In this document: positions 51,211 to 62,748 of the stretch, in pieces
How positions within the stretch are numbered: position 1 is the stretch's first letter
How the letters are laid out: each line of letters starts with the position of its first letter
Origin: Adineta vaga
Taxonomy: Eukaryota; Animalia; Rotifera
Reading direction: 5' to 3'
Assembly (NCBI GenBank): GCA_021613535.1
Contig: CP075493.1
Span: 11,656,001-11,720,000, forward strand
Length of the DNA stretch: 64,000 bases
Translations under genes and position numbers: made by a program
Notes under the pieces: generated by a model
Told to the model about the DNA's origin: nothing
Database searches by the model: none
What the model saw: only the letters and a program-made list of their open reading frames with translations

Positions 51211-51540
51211 GATTGTATCAAATTTTATTAAATTTTTTCATGATCTTTTTTTTAAAATTATATATTCGTGTTGCTTTGTGTTTATAAGCATATTGCGTCG
51301 TTGAGCAAGCTTTGAAAAGATTTATTTAATCGAATGAATTAAAAAATATTAAAAAGATATCTTCTCTTTTCATCTGTTTTGTTATAGAATACTTATCTCG
51401 TATGATACGCAATGTTTTCAATAGATCAAACTCATGTTCGATGAAAAGTGCATATTTTGAAATTGACACTTTCAGTCCATTAGCAAAAACGAATACGATG
51501 TATACTAAAGAAAAATGTATTATTAATTAGTGCATTAGAG

Positions 51541-53745
51541 TTAGTACATTTCTGTAGTATTCATAGTGCCGCCGTTTTGACCGCCAGTAACTAATACTTT
51601 TCCATTTGTTAAAATAGACTGTGTATATCCTTCTCGTCAAGAATTCATACTGTCGGTAATGGTCCAAACTCCTGTTGACGGATCATATAATTCAGCACTA
51701 CTGAGAAGAGACGTGTTACTGAATCCTCCAGTAACTAAAACTTTTCCGTCGAATAAGACAGATGCTATGTGCTGAAATCGTTCAGTATTCATGCTGCCAG
51801 TAGATGTCCACGTTCCAGATAATGGATCGTACAATTCAGCGCTGCTATATCTAACGTAACCATCTGTTCCACCAGCAACTAGTACTTTTCCGTTGGATAA
51901 AATAGCTGCTGTGTGTAAATATCGTTTGTCATTCATACTACCAGTGACTGTCCAAGTTTCTGTTGATGGATCAAACAGCTCAGCACTATTAAGACCATAA
52001 CCTCCAACAACTAAAACGTTTCCATTTGCTAGCATGCTTGTTGTATGCCATAGTCGACGATCATTCATGTTGTCTATTGCCGTCCAGTTGCCCGTTGATG
52101 GATCGTACAGTTCAGGATTGCTTCTATAACGATTATTCAGTCAACCAGTAGCTAAAACTTTTCCATTTGATAAAACTGTTGTAAGGAACCAAGTTCGTGG
52201 AGTAATCATGCTTCCAGTAATTGTCCAGACTTCTGTTATCGGATCATACAATTCAGTGCTACTTTTCTCACTTGCTCCGTCACTTCCACCAGCAACTAAC
52301 ACTTTTCCATTTAGGAGTAAAGATGCTGAGTGCTGCATTCGTACAGTACTGGTGTTACCAGTAATTGTCCAAATTCCTGTTGATGGATCATACAACTCAG
52401 CGCTGTCAAAATTACCACTACTATCGGATCCACCAACAACCAGCACTTTCCCGTTTGTTAATACAGTTGCTGTGTGCCATGCATGTTTCTTATTCATTTT
52501 AGCAGCACTAAACCAGCCTAAATTTTACATATTACAATATTTAGACTGAAAGGCAATGTACTAAGAATATCAATGCTATCTCGAATTTTGAAAATTGACA
52601 GAACTCGACTAATACTGAATTTGTCATATAGCATGCAGAAATGGAATTTCTGGCAAAGATTAGACTTGTATAATTCTGTAGCTTTCAAAAATGAGAATAA
52701 GATGAATTCTCAAGAAATCTCTTTTTATCTCAAACACTATAGCTTCTCAATCAATCTAATCGTATGTGAATTAGAAATAGTGGTATTTCCACAAACTATT
52801 GCATAAGCATACTAAACAGTTAACTGTTTTAGCATTTTATAGTTTGGATATCTATAAAAAGCATATATTTCTCCTATTCTAAATAACTTCATCACATTCA
52901 AAAACTAATTACAAATTTTTAAGTCTTCGTAAAAAGGAATGTAGAGAACTCGAGCCCCACGATGTCGACAGTTTTGATCGGAATCAACATTTTCTCATCA
53001 ATCATTTTAATATTAGTCGGCTCATCTCAGAGTTGCCAAAAGAATATTGATCTGTATGGTACTGAGACTACTTCCTTTTTCGCGATGTTGCACATTCCGG
53101 AATCAGTTCCAACCAATTCCTGGAATTCCCTTACCGCTCTAATTACCGAATAAACTGGGTACCGACCGAATTCCGGCAAAGCGTGGGAAATGGTTCCTAG
53201 GCTGAAACTGATTCCGGAATGTTCAACATCGCGGAATAGGATGAGTGCTTCGTTAGTCACGAATTTATATAAAATTGTTTATACCTGATTTACAGAAGTT
53301 TGACCATGACAATGGTAAGCATATAGCTTTCTGTAAACAACATGAATTGATTATACATATAGATGTATTTAACGCACAAGTATTTGATAGATTGTCACAT
53401 GGTTCCACAATATCACATAAAACACCAGGTGCACAATAACTGGTATTATTGAGTGTACGATATTCGAAACATGGTGTTAATGAAGTACGACAACTACTAT
53501 TATCACTTAAGCCTACTCGACATTGTAATAAAGAACAGTTTGATAGGAGATTTCGTGTTGAATGGGATGCTACCGACAACGAAAACTGAACAGTGTCATT
53601 ATTTTGATTACAATAATAGTTCGTTGGTTCTGTGGTTTGACCTACGAATTAAGTATATCATGGTGAAATCAAATAAAAATCTCAACTACGCACTGTTTGT
53701 CGATGGCAGCAACGTACTAAAAAGCAAGCTGATTAGAATCTGCAT
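51541..53745 (-). pseudogene. Signal peptide + Cys-rich domain + Kelch (galactose oxidase-type) repeats, with two in-frame TGA codons (52143-52141, 51639-51637)
   Basis: Repeats of M...R..HTA..L.NGKVLV.GG....SAELYDPSTG.W run in one frame across both TGAs. Upstream exons are MQILISLLF.. and the Cys-rich 53579-53287 segment. Confidence 0.8.
53073..53241. mobile_element. Intronic MITE-like foldback element
   Basis: 53081-53108 (cgcgatgttgcacattccggaatcagtt) is a 27/28 reverse complement of 53206-53233, and the arms extend imperfectly. GC-richer than the flanks. No TSD identified. Confidence 0.6.
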
Positions 53746-54138
53746 TTTATATTGTGATAGTAACGTAAATGAAATGATAGACCAAATATTTTACTTCCAC
53801 TTTCCTAAATACATAGGTAGTTGTTTGTTTCTATTTGACGAACATCAATGTTTCTTTCAATTCTTCTGTACATCTTTTTAGCTAAAATAATTCAATACGC
53901 AAATTGCATTAATAAACATATTGTCGCATGCTGAGAAATACCAGGGTGCTTTAAACAGTGAATTTTTAGTTTCTTTCCGACTGTCAGGCGTATGGCTATG
54001 AAAAGAAAACGCAATTTCGGCATGTACTTTTTGCATGAAGCATAAGACATGCAATTTTCCTTTCAAGAGGAAGTGACTAAATAAGCTGAAAATATCATGA
54101 ACCTTTCAACATTCCCGTCGCATAATAACATGCTTTTA

Positions 54139-54184
54139 GGGTGTGGTGTGGGTGTCGGTTGGAAGAAAATAACCACACCCACCC
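54139..54184. repeat. TGTGGG-arm / CACACCC-arm hairpin element
   Basis: gggtgtggtgtgggtg ... ccacacccaccc. Confidence 0.6.
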
Positions 54185-54628
54185 TTTCAAGCTTATCGAA
54201 TATCACCATTGAACAAAAGAACTTTCAGTCAATTGCAATTGGAATATAACCTGATCTGATGAAAAATACTTCTGCGTTATTTAATATTCCACGTGTGATG
54301 TATTTTTCATCCTCTACGAACGTTCGAGTTCGTAACATATACGATAAGTAAAAGAAAGTACTTATTTTTGAGTTTCTTATCATCGTCGTCGTCGTCGCAC
54401 TCACACTTTAAGAACGTTCGAAAATAATCATCGGAACCAAAGGAATATTGAATACATTTCAATCTTTTTCTTATCGTTCTTGTCTGTCTGACGACGTGCG
54501 CGCTGTAATCGAACGCGAAAAACAACATATCTGACGTCTGCCACTATGCTGTATATAAACTCATTTGAAAGAGTAAAAAATGCACACAATTTTTGATTGT
54601 CGGTTAATGTCATTGCAGTTGGGTAACA

Positions 54629-56139
54629 ATGATTATTTTAATTGAAAGTGTCATTTTGCTTTCCATTGTTTTATTGCTAATCTATTATTTCTATTGGAAA
54701 ACGAATGAAGATTTATCGATACCGTATGCTACATATGGAAGTTATCCGATCGTTGGACATTTATTTGGATTTATACGCGATCGAACTAAATTATTAATTG
54801 AGTGTCGTCAACGGTATGGTTCCTTTTTTCGAATAAAACTAGTGAATCAACGTTTTATTATGATATCATCACATATCGATTGGATGAAGATTGTTAAAAA
54901 TTCAGCATTTCAATTCATGGGTATTGAATTGGGAATAAAAATATTTGGATTTTCTTCTATTATTCAACGTAAGCATTAAGCTACTTGTAATAGTTTGGAA
55001 CGTATTGCTTTATTGTAGATCATTCGGAACTTGATGTGGAAACGCATCGTCTGTATATTCAACATTTAAAAAATCGAGATGGTTTACATCCAATGGTTGT
55101 TGAATTCGTTCGTCGAATGCGTAATTTGATGAAAACTGGCAAAGAATCATTTGAAAACAATCATTCTACGTCCAAATGGACGTCAACTGGTTTACTTGAA
55201 TTAAGTCATCGTATGCTTTTTCAACCATCAACTCTGGCTTTATTTGGGGATATTAATACATCTGTTTTAGAAAAACATTTTCGTTTATTTGACGATAAAT
55301 TTCATTATTTTTATCTTCCATTACCTCAATGGTTTTATTCTGGTTTTCTATCGAAAGAATCAAATGCACGTTCTCAGTTGAGCCAGTCATGGCAATATAA
55401 TCTTGATCCAACAAATGCATCTATGTTTTATCAAGACCGTTTGGAACTCTATGCGAATCATTCCGAATGGCTTTCAGATGAAGAAAGTGGAAAGTATAAA
55501 ACAGCTTTTTTTTGGGCATCACTTGGTAATACAATTCCAGGTGTATTTTGGTCACTATTCTATATTTTACGAGATCCTAAAGCTCTCGTAACTATTCAAG
55601 AAGAAATTAATACGCATCTACCATTTATACCCTTAGATAATACTGATTCTCAATCGGCATATTGGACACCAGAACAATTAGATTCATGTATTTATCTAGA
55701 AAGTGCAATTAATGAAACTATTCGATTAGTAGGCGCAATTTTTATGACAAGAAAGTGTTGCCGAGACACACAAATTACCTTAGAAGATGGACATAAGATT
55801 AACATCAAAGCAGGTGAAGATCTTGCATGGTATGGTGGTGCAAGTCATATCGATGAAAATCTCTTTCCACATGCAACTCAGTTTATTTTTGATCGATTTT
55901 TAAATAAAAAAGTCGAAACTGTACCTGGTTATATGCCATTTGGTGGTGGGAAAAGTATTTGTCCTGGCCGATTTTTTGTACGATACGAAATCAAAACATG
56001 TGTCGCTATGCTCCTACGTTATATGGAATATAAACTTGATGATATCCAAACAATACCAAATCAAAAACTATCTCGTATTGGTGTTGGAATTGCACCACCT
56101 AATCATGATATACCCATTATGTATCGATATAAAATATAA
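54629..56139 (+). CDS. Cytochrome P450, CYP7/CYP8 clan-like, 2 exons (intron 54969-55018)
   Basis: N-terminal TM, P..GH, I-helix WASLGNTIP, ETIR, FIFDRF and heme motif FGGGKSICPGRFF. Confidence 0.9.
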
Positions 56140-56251
56140 CTCTACAGTATAGATCGATAAGCATTTTCATATATATTTTTTTTCAAATCAGACAAAATAT
56201 AACTAATAACTAACGACAACAGAGTGAGAAAGAGTCAGAGATAATGTTGTT

Positions 56252-59200
56252 TTATTTTGAATAAATTATCAATCGCACAAGTATTATAATAATTGACTTA
56301 TAAAATACAAAATCTTTCCTCATTGCTATTGTTGATCCGAGATTGTTTGCATAATTTTTCTGTATTATTGTTGTTTCTTCGGTTGATGTGTTTAGATTTA
56401 ATTGAATAGTATGGTTGAAATAATTCTGTACTGTGGTTGATCGTGTACCTTTCCGAAGTTTTTTATTTTTCGTCATGTTGATATACGAATAAGTTTGTAA
56501 TTGATTGAGTATTGTAGTTAATTCTAAAGTTGTTTGTAAATGATCTTTTTGTACTAACATTGTATAGTCTTTCCATTCATGTAGATTTCTTTGGAAATTT
56601 TCATGTAATTCTTTCATGGTTGAATCATTTGTTATTAGAATATCATAAATACATTGTTGTTGTTTTATGTGAGAAAGAATATTTTGACAATTGTATTCGG
56701 CTTGAATTAATTTTTGCGTATTTTGATATTGTTGAAATAATTCTTTGTGAAAGATTGGACGATAATGAAGATTTTGTTTTTTATGAAAATTTTCTCCAGG
56801 TATGTAGTAGAAAAGTGTAGTTTCTGGAGTTATTCGCCATGATTCACCAAAATTAAAATAATATTGTTCACTTAAATCATTGTTTTTATTTTCATTCATA
56901 TTTCCGAGGAGACCTTGAAGATGTTCTTGATAATATTGTGGTAAAATGGATATAATGTTCAAAAAATCATATTGTTCTCGAATTTTCACTAAGAATTGAA
57001 TGTTATTTACATAGGTAATTGTGTATGTCGTTTGATTTGTTTGGGTAATGGATATTTGATGATTATCTAATCGAATCGTACGACTTGTCGCTAATAAAAT
57101 CTTATGCATATCAAGATCAATGTCTTCGATAGCGGTACTTGGATTGAAAAATATGTCTGTATCGATAGATCGATCATTGAGACGAATATCGATTAGTTTT
57201 AGTTCGGGAAATAATTCAAATTGAACTTTAGAATAGTTCCCATTTTTGATGACGAATGCAACAATAGCTGTTGCTTGATTTTCTTGTACGTTGGATTGGA
57301 TTGGTTTTGTACGAATTTGAATTTCTAATGATGTGGCATTTGACAGCGGATGTGTACGAAGTAAAACATATTCACCACAACCATTGAATGTATATTCAAA
57401 ATCATCTAGAGTAGTAAAATGTGGATCACCAGCAGCGCCACTTGGTACAAAGAGTGGAACATTTTCACATTCAAATGTTGGTCGTTGTTTATGGTAGGTC
57501 ATACAGGATGTGTGTTCCGTTTTTGTTAAGTTTTGGACGTTCACAACAAGTGTAAAATGGTAAATGATCATAAAGTATATGTTTAATCCGTTGAATAATT
57601 GAACTATCGGAACTTGCTTCTAATTCCAGACCACCGGTACCTAATGTAGGATCAGTAATAATCAAACCATCTGAATTATAACAACATTTTACACCTGGAC
57701 CTTCTGATTCAAATGAACGTCGATAACAATGTGAGACATGATTATCGAATGTACATGCGACCAATCGATGATTGTTACATGATGGATCACTTTTGAAATT
57801 ATGAAATGTTGATGGAAAACGATTAAAACCAGTTGCTGGTACGCGACATGGACACGAAGGAACTTTTGTTTGATATGTTGCTGGTGATGGCATATGTACA
57901 AGTTTCATTTGCCATTTTTCACAAAAAGCTGCTGTTTGTTTAACAACAGTTATTGGCCAATTGACTGTGCGATAGAGCCATATCAGTGGAGTTGGTATCG
58001 TGATTACATCCGTTAATAGATTGAAATTTATTAGTAATAATGTTATATGTATGTCATCATGAGTTGCATATTTAAAAATGTTAGAATATTCAATAGTTAC
58101 GGTCATTAGCGACGATAAATTAACAGATGAGTAAAGTGTGCGTTGACGAAGATCGATATAAATCAATTCATTGGTATCATGCGCAAAGATGGTTTCATAA
58201 TAAAATAATTCAATATTAAAGATATATTTTTTTGTTATAAAATTATCTGTAAAATTAAATATGATTGAATCATTTTGAGCCATTTCAATAAATGAATTTT
58301 TTACATTCGAATTTTGAACAAGCAGTTCTGAATTATCTTCTGGAATTTCAATAAAAAAATGTGTTATTCCCATCAGAACTTTTTCCATAGTGAAGAGTTG
58401 AATTTCTATTTTAGGACCATTATAAATCATTGGCATTATACACTTAATAGAAAACAATGTTACATTACAATCATCTCGTATTGTTTGATCAATTTTAATT
58501 TGATAATTTCTTTCTTTAAAACAAATTCCAAATAGTTGTATTTCATAGCCGCCAGTCGGTGAACCACGAAATGGTACTATTTGTAAACCATCTGCTGTGT
58601 GACATTTCGTATCTGTAATATTGGCACCAATGGAAAATACAAATCGACCTGGATATTGAATATTAGAGTCCTTAACGAGTTCGGTCACTTGTAATGTAAA
58701 CGATTTATCAATAAGAAAATAATTTTTCATGTCACCAGCATTGAAACCAGCTTGAGCATGAACAGAGCCCGAAACTGAACTAGACGTCCATTGTAATTGA
58801 CCGTAGTTAAAAATAGAAAATGAATTGATCCCGTTTGTCATTACGATCGCTTGAAACGTATTACGCAAAGTGGATGGTAGTCCATATCCAGGCACTTCAT
58901 ACCATGTAGCAACGAATCCCCACAGCAGTGGCTGTATAACCATATCAGAAAAAACGCCTTCTATAATATACATAAGTTCATGAAGTGTTGATTTATCGAC
59001 TATTTCTCGATAGAAAATGTTACTATTATTGTCATTTGCTGTTATTACATCAGCCCAAAACGGTGCAACACAAACAATATTATTAATAGGAAAATTTACC
59101 GGTGTAAAATTAATAAATTCATCATCGTGTTTGCCAAATAATATCATACCATTAGTTTGAATTTTAATTTCGTCGTACATATGATCAAAGAATGGAAAAC

Positions 59201-59372
59201 GTACTGGAATCTGTATAGATTCGGATATCCTATCATCATCACGTTCGAATGTGATATCACCATGATCAGGTCCGAATGGAAAAAGTTTTTCGTGATATAC
59301 GTCTCCTGCAATACTATGAGTACCAATAATCATTATACAATAAAACACAGTTACATTGATATGTTGTCTCAT
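56252..59372 (-). CDS. NIDO-IPT-AMOP-VWD (mesh/SUSD2-like) surface protein with one frameshift at ~57543
   Basis: LFPFGP..GD, APFWADV, NTFQA and AQAGFNAGD (NIDO); PSCPC..CCY (AMOP); GDPHFTTLD and GLLGN (VWD); hydrophobic C-terminus. Confidence 0.88.
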
Positions 59373-59864
59373 TTTTAACAGAGTCGAAAAAAAAATATAT
59401 AGGTGTACATATCACCAAAACAGTCTTATATATACGTAAGCAAATAGAAAGCTTATTATCTTCTTTTCATCATAAAGATGAAAATATGATTAATGAGCTA
59501 GGTTATTTAGATATTTTTCTCAATGATTAATTATGTATATATTCTATTAGACCAAAAATATTGTACTGATATATAGTATCACCATTTGTTCTGTTGTCAT
59601 CAACAAGCTATAATATATCATAGCCCACGATTCTGACGTTATATTCTAACAATTGTCTTTCTCTTCGTTGCATTCTTACCATAATGAGATATCTACTATG
59701 CATTTGTACGATAACGAATGCTCTTGCAATCCTACAGAATAAAATGTGTGAATATTCTGCAATTAAAAAAAATGAGAAAGATCAATAATGATGATGAAAG
59801 ATGTAAGTATGAAAAAAAATGAACTGTTTGTGTGTAAACTGAATAAATATAACATTCATATCTT

Positions 59865-60818
59865 TCAAACATTTGTAGCAATTATACTGAGCATACCATA
59901 AATACTCAATGTCTCACGAACTTTTTCGACATGAAAAAGCGTCTTTTTGTTTTTATGATCATTTGTAGTTACTTGCAACATTTCAATCTTTTCCGGTGTG
60001 ATTTTAGGGAAAAGAATTTGATACAATCCATCGGCAGTTCGAATAACAAAATATTGTTTTGGTTTCTTAATAATCACATCATTATTCGATTGACAAACAA
60101 GATTTTGAAGTATATCTAATTTTTCTAATTCATTAATTCCCACATATGCAGCAAGATAAATCACCTGACATTCATTTAAAATTGTTCGAACGTTATTAGG
60201 TAATGGATGTTCACTAATATCTTGTGTAATGAAATGCATACGTTGAAAAAGATCTGGAGATAATATTTGTTCACTAAGAACAGATGCTAATTGATTTGCT
60301 TCTTCACACATATCAATATTATAAATATCGACGCAAGGTCCATGATCATTAAGAATAATCAAAGAAGATGTAGGAATTGGACCTGATCCAATAAAAGCAA
60401 TTTTTGTCACTAAAAAATCAGTTTCTGCATTGTTATTTGTTAAATTTTTAGCAAGATAAACATCAAGTTCTTGAAGCATGTTTATTTCACATTGAATTAA
60501 TTCTTCGTAACCTTTACGATGTTTGAAATGTTCACTGAAATTATGATTTCGATCAACAGCACAGATCTTTGCTGCTCGTATTTCACCGTAGAGACCATAG
60601 AGAGCAAATAAACGACGAAGATTTTCACATGATATTTGTAATTCTGTATCTGTCTGTAACATGTGATCCACTGAGGATGAATTCATATCTTTTGACGACG
60701 AACACAATGTAATAAGTTCATCGAATAAATCAACAATTTGCGGAGAAAATTCAGTTATATCAAGTTGAGAAAGTTCAGTATTTAATTGAATAAGTCGATC
60801 ACGCATAGAATTGTTCAT
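59865..60818 (-). CDS. Nicotianamine synthase-like (NAS family) SAM-dependent aminocarboxypropyltransferase
   Basis: YEELIQCE, KIAFIGSGPIPTSSL, NIDM..AN..A, VIYLAAYVG..EK..IL and VIRTADGLYQILFP follow the NAS motif order. Intronless. Confidence 0.85.
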   Translation of the reverse strand: MNNSMRDRLIQLNTELSQLDITEFSPQIVDLFDELITLCSSSKDMNSSSVDHMLQTDTELQISCENLRRLFALYGLYGEIRAAKICAVDRNHNFSEHFKHRKGYEELIQCEINMLQELDVYLAKNLTNNNAETDFLVTKIAFIGSGPIPTSSLIILNDHGPCVDIYNIDMCEEANQLASVLSEQILSPDLFQRMHFITQDISEHPLPNNVRTILNECQVIYLAAYVGINELEKLDILQNLVCQSNNDVIIKKPKQYFVIRTADGLYQILFPKITPEKIEMLQVTTNDHKNKKTLFHVEKVRETLSIYGMLSIIATNV

Positions 60819-61047
60819 TGTTCTTTGAAAATAAATGCAGTCCAAGTAGTACGTTGCAAAAGATGACTTGCAGTTTCAGAGTAGATTCAAAGTTGTATAT
60901 ATACATAAAAATACTTTATCATTCTGTATGATAACAACATTTTTTTCTTTTTTTTTCTGTTGATATTATGATACAACAAAAAACATGTAGATTATATGGA
61001 AAGATATATTCTTTCACAATTATATTAGAATCTGTAGTTGAAATTAT

Positions 61048-62135
61048 TTATTCAAAGAAAGTTTTTTTAGCAGGAAATGTCGAATATCGTCTACGAATGG
61101 CATCATTACGTCTTAATGTTAAGACATGAATTAATGCTCTGATTTCACCAATACGATGGCCAACAAAATGATCATAGGAACTGCCTTCATGTGGTTGTTG
61201 AAGAGCAAGTTCTTCCAATTCTCTTTTTAAATTTTCAATAAATTCGTTGCAATCATTGATTATGTCTTCTATAAAAGAAAAAGGAACAAACAAAATATTT
61301 CATTGAATATATCTTTTTTTCTGATTCGTTTACGTACCATCGGACATTGCATACAGACACACATGTTTATATTCATGTAATCCATTGATAGACAATGGTT
61401 GTTGTTGACCTTTACTTTGTCGAATGACACCTTTTACTATTTTTTCAAACATATCAGGAATACTAACATCTGCTAGAACAATATTTTCACATAAATGTTT
61501 GGCAAATAGATTATCTTGAGTTTTCTTTCGCTTATTATCAATAAATTGATGGGCAGCACAAGAAAATTGAATGAATGTTTCATCAGGTACAGTCATTGTC
61601 TGGAGACCTTTGTTCTGCTCACCAGCTAAAACAAAACGTAAACAGTAGTTTCTATAAACTATAAACAATGTTTATTCTACGTACGATTTGATGGCGATTC
61701 ATTTTTGTAAAAATATCGTTTATTACAATCAAGAATAAATATATTCACGTAAGATTGATTTTTGTCTGTTATTTTTGATAATGCGCTTGTAACATTAGCA
61801 CCTATATCTTGAACATCCATATCTTTACCTATTTTCTCATCATCGGTAGGTATCATATAATTAGTTCCATCAACCTGTCGACATTGACCAGAAAAATAAA
61901 CTAAAACTAGATCTCCATCGGTAATTTCTTCAGCGAAAGTTGCAATAGTGTTCAGTATTTCTTTATCAACATTTAAACGAGTAGTTACTTTGAAATTAAT
62001 TGTCTCGAGTAAACCACTTAGTTCCCTAGCATTTTTAACCGCATGTTCTAGCCGATTCTCTTTCAGTTTATAGGTACCGTTACCAATAATGAGTGCTCGT
62101 TTCTTATGAGATGAAGAATTATCGGCACTTGGCAT
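61048..62135 (-). CDS. Peptidase C14 caspase-like protein, predicted inactive, 3 exons
   Basis: KRALIIGN..Y, YFSGQC (His replaced by Gln), NYMIP.D, ILDCNK (catalytic Cys lost) and the p10-like NLFAKHL..QQP. Confidence 0.85.
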
Positions 62136-62748
62136 ATTTTTATTTATATCTAAAATACAACCTCCGACAAGCAATACCTTCGAACTTAACAAAATTATTC
62201 TGCGACATTTCATTAAAAAAAAGTTGCATCGTCTGCATACAAAATCAGGGGTAATATTTCAACACATTTAACTTTATTTTTCATCGAAAAAAAATTCCAA
62301 CTAAACAAGATTTCGTAAGTGATGTGTTGTGATGCTTTGTATGTTGGAAAAAATTAAAATGCATTTGTCGTTAAAAAAAACAGACGAATTCATACAAACT
62401 TAAAAACAACAACAAAGATTATGTTTACCGAGCACAAAAAAGAGAAAGTGAGTAACTTTTCTTGCTTCCAACCGATTTTTACCCTAAACGACATTTTTTT
62501 ATGCTAAATCATGCTATACATACATACGTGATTTTTAATATTACCTTGCGTTCAGCGCCAAAAAGGTATCCAACGATGAAACACTGTGTAAACATCCTCT
62601 CTAGGTCTATTGAAACCTGTTGAGTGAAATTTTACATTTTCGAGGAAGTATTGTATTTACATTCGAAAAATACAATGCGAATATAAAATAAAGTGTCAGT
62701 ACATGATCAATCTTTAGATTTAGCTAATATTTCAGATATAGAGCAGAA

